Shown here one piece after another: positions 54,214 to 64,000 of a stretch of DNA of 64,000 nucleotides. The position numbers and the translations under genes were made by a program. Each line of letters begins with the position of its first letter. Positions within the stretch are counted from its first letter, which is position 1. The stretch comes from Marsupella aquatica (lineage: Eukaryota > Plantae > Marchantiophyta): contig OZ316898.1 in assembly GCA_973895155.1 (NCBI GenBank), positions 17,784,752 through 17,848,751 on the forward strand, given 5' to 3'. The notes below the pieces were generated by a model. The model saw only the letters and a program-made list of their open reading frames with translations. It searched no databases and was not told where the DNA came from.

Positions 54214-55035
54214 TCAAGCTACGTATTTAGCAGTCGAGAGGCCAAGCCTATTGCCTGCATACACCCCGCAAATAGAGTATGCATCAGGCTTATATAATAG
54301 AGTATCATTAAACCCTAAACCTCGAAGGCGATCCTCGGGGGTCTCACTATATGGGGACCTCCCCATCGCCTACGACGTTTTTAGGCCTCGGACCCCCTAA
54401 AATGTAAGAATTTTTTTTAATTTTTTAACCCCTATAAAGTTGGAATATTCTTGGAATATTTTAAAAATTGGATTAAAAAGACCCTAATGTTCTTATAAGT
54501 CTCAAAATTGAATTTAAAAGACCCCCGAGAGACGATCCCTTAGACCAAAAACACCCTCAATGTTGGTGAAATTATTAGACCACACACAAATGACATGTTG
54601 ACCTTGAGGGAACTTTTACTCTTTGGGAAATCCAGACTTCAGAGGTTTGGTATGACAGGTGGAAACCTTGGCAACAGTCGCCAGAGAACCCTTCACAATA
54701 GCTGCAGCAATTTCTACCCAGTGGGTGTCTACAACATGGCTGTCAACAAAAATCATCCATTTTCCAGACATTACATTATTGGCAATAGCTAGACTTTCAA
54801 TATGAGAGTTCTGGAGCCTATTGTGGGATGTCAGACACAATGATTCCCAAGCCAAGGCCAACCCTTTTGTATTGACAAGGCAATCCAATTCCTTGTTTGA
54901 GTGAAGGGTGCTAACAGTTAGCCATTCAATGTACTTGTAGGGAATGGATGATGGCTTCCATTCGTCAAGGAATTCAGAAATGGATTGAAGATCACTATCA
55001 AAGCATACTACATGAGACGACTGCCCAACATCCAT
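54214..55035 (-). pseudogene. C11orf68/Bles03/DUF1917 (eIF4E-like fold) cargo gene, disrupted by one TAA and a MITE
   Basis: FLDEWKPS..WLTV..LAIANNVMSGKWMIF..VDTHW..IAAAI..G..VAKVS continues in frame after TAA (54618-54616) as HVICVWSNNFTN, and after the MITE as DRLRGLG..LLYKPDAYSICGVYAGN. These are the hallmark DUF1917 motifs in order. Confidence 0.85.
54334..54529. mobile_element. 196-bp MITE inserted in the DUF1917 gene
   Basis: Perfect 11-bp TIR CTCGGGGGTCT / AGACCCCCGAG and 8-bp TSD AGGCGATC / AGACGATC (7/8). Confidence 0.85.
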
Positions 55036-57951
55036 GACTATGAGCAATGGAATGAATTGACCCCTGCAAGCACATACCTGAGAATTAATACTATTGAAGA
55101 CTTAATTTGCAATCGACACTTACTACTGTAGTAAACAAATTGCAGAGGACCAATAACTGTTCGCAGACACTTACTTGATCAAAGAATGTTGAACCAAGTC
55201 TGAAGGCGCACAATCGGTATGTTTCAAAAGGCAGATGTCACCTGAACCACCTTAACAAGAATCCATTTATTTAAGTAAGCATACAGCTACACTCAAAAGC
55301 CTACAAAGTACAAAGCTTAGGGACAAGACAAGGTAGAAGCAATTTAATTGGAGGTTTGGCTTACGTGATCGAACGTAGCCAGTTTGCGAATTGGCTGTGG
55401 CTTCAAGGGCCGCTATCCCTCGGGTGAAGCGAAGTGATACAGTTGTTCAGGAAACTAATTGTGATAGCAAACACCTGGCTGCGCAATGTACTTAGGTGCG
55501 AACTTGAGTTGGAGGCGATCAGCTCATGAAATTCAGCTGCGAACTAGAGGGTGGTTGCAAAAATGAGGTGCGAACTCCGAGCTGAACTACCGCCATGAAC
55601 CGGCTGAAGTGCTCAACTCATTCTAGCAGCATCAAGCTGCTGAACGACTGCATCGAAGAGCTGTTGAACTCCCTCCCGGCTGAACTGAATCTGCGATTCA
55701 GGGGCTGCTACCGGCCATGAGTTGCTGCAAAATAGAGCTGTGATTGACATCTGCAGGCCAAATCTGAACTGCAGCTAGGGGCGATTCGCTGCTGAACTCT
55801 GGGCGAAACTGAAGCTGCAAACATGAGCTGCTGCGAAAAAGAGCTGCGACCTTGAGTAGCAACCTTGACCCGTAAGATTGAGCTGCTTCGGACTTCAGCT
55901 GAGATTAGTTGAGTCGCTCAGATGCGACGTTCAGCTGCGAACACCTGCAGCAAAGTTCAGCTGCGAAGGGGGCGGCTTGATCAGCTCCCAAAGTTAGCAT
56001 CTGTCTTGCAATTTCAAGCAAACAGACCACAAGGACAAGCAAACTGAATCGATTCAAATCATCTTCGACATTGGCAAGCAATCATAGCACGAAGGGTGCC
56101 GAATGCAGAAAATGGAAGAACCCTAGTAGAGATGTTCTGTAGCTTACCGCGCTTAATGTCAATGTCGCCCTATGCCCGTTGTTGCAGGAAGGAAAACGAA
56201 TGTCTTGGACAGACTACCGGGAGTACCGACGGAAAACCTCCTGGTCCCGGTCACAACACTCATTACAGGTCACTTTTTCCATAGTGTGCTATACAAGCAA
56301 AATTCCGAGTTTACGTTGTGTCCATGCAGGTTGTGTCTGTCCATCCTGGCGTTTATGCAAAGGTCTGTGTCCATCGGGGCTTTAAGTTCCTGAAAAATAG
56401 TATTCATCAGAAATGATTATGCAAATTAATATTTCATTTAGCCCCGCAATGGAAAATTACTACAATCCCATTAACAAGAACAATGCTCCTTAAAAAACAA
56501 GATTCATAACAACATTGCTGGAAGTTGTATAGTCAGTCCACAAAGTTTCAATGCCCTAGAATCTCAACAAAATGTGTAAAAATTTGTAATCCATTTATAA
56601 AAATTGAGCTTATTTGGGCTTTAGATTTGCCCCCTAGCCTACCGGTGGGAATTGTTTCTTTTGCAGGGCTTATAAATATAAAAATATATACTTGAGGAAA
56701 TTAAGTTCATTTGGTTTTTTCCCATTGAGCCAAATTACTTGAGATAGTATATATGAGTAAAATGTGAAAGCACTCATTTTTTACTCAAAGTCTCATAAAC
56801 CGTGAAGGCTGGATAAAGTATTTACATAAAAATCTAAATTATTTTATCTTTTTTATTAAGCACTTAAAAAAATGGTTAGAGTAACTATATGGAGGGGAAA
56901 GAGTATTGGGAGAATCGAGCCTTCAAGCCAAGCTCCCAATTAAAGTGCTCTGGTGTCACTGACAAAGTATCTTTATGACAAAAGTGGTGACAAAGTTAGT
57001 GAAAAGAAAATCTTTGGACACAAGTGATGGTTTGGCATTGACAGTGTACTTTATAGATAGAAAAATAAATAGTAGTATCCATACATATTTTTATGTTTTA
57101 GTCTAGCCCATCCAAGTTTCATTTATCACGGACAACCTCTTGGTCCATCCAAGCTTTAAGTTCACCCTTTCAACTGAGTTTTCAAAATGGTTGGTAACCA
57201 AGTTATGCTTGCCATTTGGGAAATTTTTTTAAAGTGGAAATCTAGAGAGATATACTTAGTGGACCTCCAAATGCAACTTTCTCTCTTAATGGACCAAAAG
57301 TTTCCCACGCCCTCCCAATGGACCCCAAAGTTTAGATTCTCTCCCAATGGACCTCCGGGCCCACTCCGTACAGGCATGTTCTTATGAAACAGCTTACCAC
57401 GCAGTTCGAGTCCACTGCGTACCCTGTGGAAACCATGGTTGGTCATGTGTAGTCGGCCGTCAATAACGTCGCAGTCCACAAGCGTCGTAGCCCTGGCGGC
57501 AATCGAGCTCCGCTCAGCACCATGGCAGTTTTTGTGAATACAGTATGACTATTGTATTCAAAACAATAATTGAACGAGTTTGCGGTGGCATTGGAGCCTT
57601 CGTGCCCGGCCTCACAGGATTTCAAAATACATTGTCACTTTAGTGTTCAAGATACAAAGGAAATAGTTTATTGGAGCTTGCAACAGCCGGCAAGCCGTAC
57701 CTCCCCGAACCTCCCCGAACCTCCTTGCTTTTATGAAGACATTGTCCATAATGTGTACAAATCTTAAAGGAATAATTTTCAAAATTCAAATGTGCCCGCC
57801 CTTTATGGAACCCTTTCGGAACCTGTTTTGTTGTCATTTGGTTTGTTTCTCGACATTTTCTCGCATTTTCTCGTGTTGTTGGTTCCGGCTCGTGTTGCTG
57901 GTTCTTATTGTTCCTGCTGTACCCGCTCGTGTTCTTGCTCGTGTTCCTGCT

Positions 57952-58512
57952 ATGTCGACCCTTGAGGATGTGCGAATTGCAATGAAGGAGCGGCCAGACA
58001 GCATCATTGGGCCAATCCCGGTATATGTTTGTAATTTTCACTCTGATTTCCCATGGCCCAGAAAGTTCACTTACAGAGGTTGCAGGCATGGCATTGGCGG
58101 TGGTTTGGTTTGTGGGAAGTCCATTGAGGCAGCGGAGCAATGCAAGCACGACCCACTGGTAGACGGTAACAATTGTCATTTGTATAGGTTCGATATTTGC
58201 ATGGTGGATGCATATGAGAACACTGGGCCATTCAAGGCCACTATCTTTCAAGCTGCACGAGAGCTTGTGGACATGACTGCTGATGAATTTGCAGAGTATG
58301 GTACCATTCGCCAACTTGAAACAATGCACCAGCAAATTTCTCAGATCCCATACTGTCTAGTGTGGATTAAGGCAGGACGACACTCTGCTGTTGTGAATAA
58401 GCTTGTTGTTGAGATGTGGCGATGCCCTCCTAGTCGTGCCCCTGTGAGAACAAGAGTTGAGAAAGTGATCAGCAGAAGCAATCTTGTGGATGCTGATGTC
58501 CTTATGCAGTAG
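57952..58512 (+). CDS. RPA1 C-terminal (Zn-ribbon OB-fold)-like protein, 186 aa, intronless
   Basis: FTYRGC..CGKSI..C..LYRFDICMVD..TGPFKATIFQAARELVDMTADEF fits the RPA70 DBD-C pattern. The ORF is intact from ATG 57952. Confidence 0.65.
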   Translation: MSTLEDVRIAMKERPDSIIGPIPVYVCNFHSDFPWPRKFTYRGCRHGIGGGLVCGKSIEAAEQCKHDPLVDGNNCHLYRFDICMVDAYENTGPFKATIFQAARELVDMTADEFAEYGTIRQLETMHQQISQIPYCLVWIKAGRHSAVVNKLVVEMWRCPPSRAPVRTRVEKVISRSNLVDADVLMQ

Positions 58513-59212
58513 TTGGAGGTGACTGCAGCAATGATTTCAAAGTTTTGCTTGTCCACCATCGAATCCGCCGAAGACTCGAAAGGCAAATGATAGGGATGTT
58601 GTGTCATGCAGAATACGTTTTGGTTGTTGTATTCTTGTTATTTCTTGAAGAGATTGGTGGTTTGGTAAGATGATTTAGTGTCATTTAGCATTCTCCGTAG
58701 CTTCAATGATGAACAATTCGCATTTCAGATGAGTATTGGGGGAGCCCTTCAGTTGCATAATTTTGAAAACCTGTATTGTGTAATGGGTATTTTCTCTTGC
58801 GTTATGAATAGAATACAACATTGTTTATGTATTCTCTGATCTATCTATTATGTAACACGTTGCAACATTCTTTTGTATGTTGAGAATACAACACAGAATA
58901 CTACATGGTGTATGTATACTTTGAATTCTATTTCATGTAACACGTCTAGGTTGCGCCTGCTTTGCTACTTCATTGCTAGGGTTTAGGGTGCACAATCAGT
59001 TGCGCGTATGCCTTATCTTTGGCGAGGGTTTAGGATTTTAGAGAGATGGCGGCCGATGAGCGAGGAGGATTGTTTTAGGGAGGGATTCCACTATTGGAGC
59101 TCGCAAATCGATCTATCGAAGGCCTGATGTGCTGGTGAAGGGGGATTGCGCGCGATTGGGAGCGATCGATTTAGGGAGCTGGTCATGGGGGACTGCGCGC
59201 GATTGGGAGTGA

Positions 59213-62200
59213 GTGAGTATAGAGCGATTCAGGGAGCTGGTGCTGGTGAAGGGGGATTGTGAAATCACTTGGGATTGCCTATCGGGTGATTGGAGTGACT
59301 GTCGAGCGATTCAGGGAGATCAAGGAGTGAACGTTGGGCAGGTCGGTTGGGTTTTGAACCCAACCAAGGTAGTCATGGTGCCCCATGCCAAGAAACTAAC
59401 ATTGGCAAAGGAGGGACAGCATTTTCGATACCGTGTAGGCGAGCAGGGGAACCACGTATTCAAGTGTATATGCGCCGGTCATGCTCCTCGCGGTTTCTCT
59501 TCGTTCAAGTCATTTCAGACTCACTTGAGCACCAAGCATGGCCGAAAACTCCCTGCTGATTTGTTGGAGCCAGGCCTGCCTTGGTTGAGTTCAAAACTCA
59601 ACACCTCTCGTCCCGCCAAGAAACCACGAAAATGCAGCAACAACAGTGGTAAGAAGACGGAAGGTGCATCATGGATTCGATTACGGTCGACTGCCAAGCT
59701 AAGATGGAAAATGACGAAGCAGCGCAAAAAGAATCAACTGAAGGTGGACTATTGCGTTTCAGTTCTGGGGAAGAAGCAGCCATCGGTTCCATCAAAATCG
59801 GTGCTTGTTCGTCTCATTAAGGTCTACCACATTCGTCCGAAGGAGAAGAGTGGCTGGGGCTGCTTGGTAGACGATAGTTTCTTTGAGATGTTACAGGAGC
59901 ATGTCAGCTCTGCTCCTATCACCAATGCTGTGTATCACTGGGCCGAGCATGTGCAACAATTGCCTGCTCAGTTGCCTGTGGATCGAAAGTTGCATGCTTT
60001 GCAGGTTGATTGTCGACTATTACAGGTACTTTTTCCGCTGAGAGATGTCCTTGCCTAGTCTGTCCAACCTTCAGCAGGTGAGGAGAGTAGAGAACTCATT
60101 GTTGCAGACGCCTTGGAGTTTTTGAGGAAGAAAAGGGAAAGTCTGTTGTGGAAAGTCGGAGCAAAAGAAATCGATTTTGACCATGCCTATCCAGACTATG
60201 TGAAGTGGAAAAAGGAGCAGAAGCATCTGTCAATTGCCACAGCCGGTCGAAATTGTGTGAAAGATTACACAAGTGATGGCATGTCACAAGAAGAAGCTGA
60301 GGCAGCGGTACGTAACACAATCATTTTACTTGCCTTTGCATTGTTGTGTATACTTCGCGCACAATGTTTACACCAATTTTCATATTGCAGGCTGGAGTTC
60401 ACGAAGTGTGGGTTGATACCTCAGATGAGGAGGGGTACGAGCCCACCCCTGACAAGTGGGGATTAGATTATCATGAGTCCTCTGATGAAGAAGACGCAGC
60501 AGAGGTATAGTTCCTCTTCCCCTTCTGCCAATGATTTTTTCTGAATCTGCATAGTTTGACAACATTGACCGGAATGTCTACGAAACTTTAGGTTCCTTTG
60601 AATGACGAAGCTCAAGCCAAAGAATCAGGGAAGAAAGGAAAGCCACGCAGGAAGCCAAATGAACCCAAGAAGCAGCCTCCACAGAAAATTACGCCTCCTG
60701 TTGACACTCAGGAAGCCGATGAGGTAAATTTGCACTTCCAATGTAATTATCCCATTTGTATACCATGATATCAATGTATGCACGATGGTTTAGTGCTCTT
60801 AGCCCGAGTATTGCTTTTTCAGGTTCCTCCCAACAAAGGAGCCGAAGCCAACCAATCAAAGCGGAAAACAAAAAGAACCAAGAAATCTGTAGAGCCACCA
60901 CCGAACGGCAACACCACCCTTCCCGTAGATTCTCAGCAAGCTGACCAGGTAACGTTTACAGATGAAAGTTCTTTGCAAAATGTGTAAACAGTGTGGAGAA
61001 CGTTTCCTGTTTTATCAACACTGCAAGTTCAAGAGTAGGACATTATGTTGAATACCATGATGTTAATGTATACTCACTGTTTGAATGCGCCTGTACCCCG
61101 AGTACTGCATTTTAGGATCCTAAATCCCATGAAGGACCTACACCCGAACAATCTGTAGAGCCACCACCGAACGGAAACACCACCCTTCCCGTAGATTCTC
61201 AGCAAGCTGACCAGGTAACGTTTACAAATGAAAGTTCTTTGCAAAATGTGTAAATAGTGTGGAGAACGTTTCCTGTTTTATCAACACTGCAAGTTCAAGA
61301 GTAGGACATTATGTTGAATACCATGATGTTAATGTATACTCACTGTTTGAATGCGCCTGTACTCCGAGTACTGCATTTTAGGTTCCTGAATCCCATGAAG
61401 GACCTACACCCGAACAATCTAAGAGGAAATCAAAGAGAACCAAAAAATCTGTACAACCACAGAAGCCCGCGCCTGAGGTAAGCGTGTTTTCAATAGGCCA
61501 AGGAGGAACATTCCAACGTAGACAGTGGTAAAAATGTATTCTATGTGTACTTATTTGATTTAAACATGCAATCACCTTAGTTTGCAATGACAGGGACCAA
61601 AGGAAGGAGAGCAAGCAATGGCACCCCCGGAGACAGAAAAAAGTGAACCTAGACGTTCAAAGAGGAAGCAAACAACTGCTCCCACCGAAGAGAAAATTGC
61701 CCAAACAAAAAGAAAGACCAGAACTAAAACCAAGGTAAGTACAAATCATTGTGTACTATGTGCCCATATTGTATAGGGACTAAACACATGATTCGCTTGA
61801 TACTGATTTCAGCCTTACAATTGCAGGATTCATCTAAACAAGTCCAAGATGTCAATGCACAACCAACACCAGAGGGAGGCAACACTATTGAAACTCAGGG
61901 TACTGCCCTTCCACCGAATGTGTCTGCAATCCCATCAGGAGAGGTGACTGCACCGGTAGGGAGCACACCTTATGTAATTGACTTTGGTGGCATGATTGAT
62001 TGGTAAGATGTGTTTCTTTGCTGATTGCTTTCATATGTGAATTTGCAGGAGTACCAGAAACCACCTGATGTGCAACCAGACCCATATGCAAGTAGACGTC
62101 GGAGAAAATTGACAGTTCGTGGGCCATTGGGCAAGGCGCAAAGTGAATTTGTAATCCCGGGGTCTGTACCACAAGAGGTCACTATGCAGGAGGATGATAT

Positions 62201-62309
62201 TTTGGATTCCTTGCACGCATCACAAATTCTCCAAGATTGTAGCCAGGCTGATGTTACCTCTTTTCACAAGGCAATCGATAAAATGATTAATAATGTGGAT
62301 GAAGTTTAG
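59213..62309 (+). CDS. Multi-exon basic protein with a C2H2-type zinc finger and a long K/P/E-rich disordered tail (exon phase conflict near 60025-60078; possibly a pseudogene)
   Basis: FKCICAGHAPRGFSSFKSFQTHLSTKH fits C-x-C-x..F-x5-F-x2-H-x4-H. A series of short GT-AG exons runs to the stop at 62309. Confidence 0.5.
60884..61420 (+). repeat. 266-bp tandem exon-plus-intron duplication inside the C2H2 gene
   Basis: AATCTGTAGAGCCACCACCGAACGG...CACCCGAACAATCT is nearly identical at 60884 and 61150. Confidence 0.85.
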
Positions 62310-62499
62310 GGTACAATTAGCAATATCTGAGGGATAGTCTAGGGTACCTAGCCCTGTTTTGTCACCAATGTGTTCATGATAATAAATATGAAATGTTCCT
62401 GCATTTCTTGCTCTCTTTGAAGACTATATAACATGATCTGTTCCAAAAATGGTCATAGTAGATCTATGGCTGGGATACAATATGTATGTTGTATTCACA

Positions 62500-63330
62500 T
62501 TTTCTCTGACTTTACGACGAAGACGCCCCACTGTCAAATCCTTCCCACTGACTAAGGCGCCCAAATGGACAAAAACTACGAAATTTGAACACAGAAAACC
62601 CTTTTTCATGTATACGATCTGGACGATGTATTCAGATTTCACACTTGGAAAAAAAATGTCCCTCCGACTTTACGAACACGCCCTCCGCCGAAGCCTGCCC
62701 AAATGGACAAAACCTATGGAGTCTCAACATAGAGATACATATTTCATGTACACACTTTGGACATTGTATTCAGATTTCACACTTGGAAGCAAAAAATTGT
62801 CCCTCCGACTTTACGAACACGCCCTCCGCCGATGCCTGCCCAAATGGACAAAACCTATGGAGTCTCAATATAGAAATACATGTATACACTTTGGACATTG
62901 TATTCATATCACACTTGGAAATAAAAATTGTCCCTCCGACTTTCCGAACACGGCCTCCGCCGAAGCCTGCCCAAATGGACAAAACCTATGGAGTCTCAAC
63001 ATAGAAATACATTTTTCATGTATACACTTTGGACATTGTATTCATATCACACTTGGAAATAAAAATTGTCCCTCCGACTTTCCGAACACGGCCTCCGCCG
63101 AAGCCTGCCCAAATGGACAAAACCTATGGAGTCTCAACATAGAAATACATTTTTCATGTATACACTTTGGACATTGTATTCAGATTTCACACTTGGAAAA
63201 AAAATTGTCCCTAGCCCTCCGACTTTACGAACACGGCCTCCGCCAAAGCCTGCCCAAATGGACAAAACCTATGGAGTTTCAACATAGAAATACCTTTTTC
63301 ATGTATACACTTTTCACGTTGTATTCATAA
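62500..63330. repeat. Tandem array, ~131-145-bp unit x6, between the convergent genes of MULE-2
   Basis: AAATGGACAAAA at 62563, 62701, 62842, 62973, 63111 and 63256. Confidence 0.9.
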
Positions 63331-63623
63331 TTCACAGTTACAAAAAAATTCATTCACTTGAACTTTACAAAGACAGTCGGGCCTAAATGGAAAAAAGCAT
63401 GTCATATTCAACACTTTAATAATCATACAGCACATGCACCATGGAAGGCGTACTCAGACCTAACAAATGCAAATAAAAGGCTTCACTCCTCATTGGATGG
63501 AATACAACATCCACTTTGTAACAATTTGAACTCATTCAAGGTAGTGTTTAGGTCCATGCACAAATGTGCCCTACTACCATCTAACTTCCCAATATAGTGA
63601 ATAGTAGACTGTGATGTATATGT

Positions 63624-64000
63624 CTATTCTATGATATCTACTTCATGAGGTAGCCCAAAATAAGGGCAATTATCAGCAGCTTCTTCAGCAAGTTCAGTGA
63701 TGCGCCGCGCCCACTCATAATCCAAGGAGTTTTGAATGCGTGGATTGGAAGGCATAGTACCACTGCCTATTGTTGGTGCTCCAACGGTGACAAGCCACTC
63801 ACTTTCTCCAGCATTGTTCACATTGTCATGCTCTTCCCCTTCCACCTGCGCATTACAATAACACTAGAATAAGTAAACAAATTCTTATGAAACTAGGACT
63901 TTTATATGGACCATCTTTGTCTTGCAACATTATAATATTTGGTACCTGCTCATCATCTTCAGTTGCTTGGGCAACTGAAACTTCTTTGCAAGATCGTTTG
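63624..64000 (-). CDS. 3' end of a minus-strand gene, probably the MULE-2 transposase (exons >64000-63946 and 63845-63624)
   Basis: The edge reads ..KRSCKEVSVAQATEDDEQ, like the end of the CxxC..GHNKRSC knuckle that closes MuDR transposases. A phase-0 GT-AG intron (63945-63846) joins it to the 63624-63845 ORF. Confidence 0.55.

Larger units (their letters stand above)
48453..56389. mobile_element. Full-length Mutator-like element (MULE-1, 7937 bp) with cargo genes
   Basis: TIR GAACTTAAAGCCCCGATGGACAC is identical at both ends for 23 nt and similar beyond. Perfect 9-bp TSD CTGAAAAAT (48444-48452, 56390-56398). Internal MuDR transposase. Confidence 0.95.
57245..64000. mobile_element. Second Mutator-like element (MULE-2), running off the right edge
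   Basis: The left end GAGAGATATACTTAGTGGACC resembles the TIR of the TSD-flanked MITE at 2430-2604 and is followed by repeated AATGGACC motifs. A probable transposase 3' end lies on the minus strand at the window edge. The right TIR and TSD are not visible. Confidence 0.6.

Noticed and set aside
50438-54618. Programmed readthrough or U-to-C editing of the stop codons
   Set aside because: A frameshift and a MITE insertion also disrupt the element, and U-to-C editing is organellar; mutational decay is simpler.
57100-57163. Extra MULE right end (GTCCATCCAAGCTTTAAGTTC) as the true end of MULE-1
   Set aside because: Its flank ACCCTTTCA does not match the CTGAAAAAT TSD and no partner end was found; treated as an orphan TIR.
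52540-58512. Helitron explanation for the RPA-like ORFs
   Set aside because: No Rep/helicase motifs or Helitron 3' hairpin-CTAG end noticed, and the first ORF is enclosed by MULE TIRs with a perfect TSD. Not fully excluded for the second.
62449-63330. 293-aa and overlapping ORFs
   Set aside because: They are translations of the ~138-bp tandem repeat in shifting frames.

Overview
Eukaryotic, intron-containing land-plant nuclear DNA; a bryophyte such as a liverwort is my guess, not something the sequence proves. Five host genes are supported: a 1.1-kaa low-complexity protein with a conserved plant C-terminal domain (3659-7098 +), a plastid-targeted membrane protein (12377-14863 +), a small 'WADQWD' protein (26571-26861 -), and two paralogous acidic-tail proteins ending EPPKKKRK (18405-20269 - and 44267-47080 -). 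They sit among many transposons whose ends and target-site duplications (TSDs) can be read directly: solo LTRs, a nested Copia/Bianca-like stack, a tRNA-derived SINE, a Tourist MITE inside a satellite, several Mutator MITEs and a fold-back element. The standout is a complete 7.9-kb Mutator-like element (48453-56389, 9-bp TSD CTGAAAAAT). Facing its transposase is a co-oriented three-gene cargo cassette with no apparent introns in the coding regions: a C11orf68/DUF1917 eIF4E-fold homologue, an F-box-only protein and an RPA1-C-like Zn/OB-fold protein. A second, probable MULE starts about 850 bp downstream (57245 to beyond 64000) with the same convergent layout. It carries a related RPA1-C-like gene, a C2H2 zinc-finger gene and a ~138-bp tandem array. 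Together they suggest a lineage of accessory-gene-carrying MULEs, possibly with anti-silencing or host-manipulation functions. All family assignments come from motif recognition by eye, with no database search.
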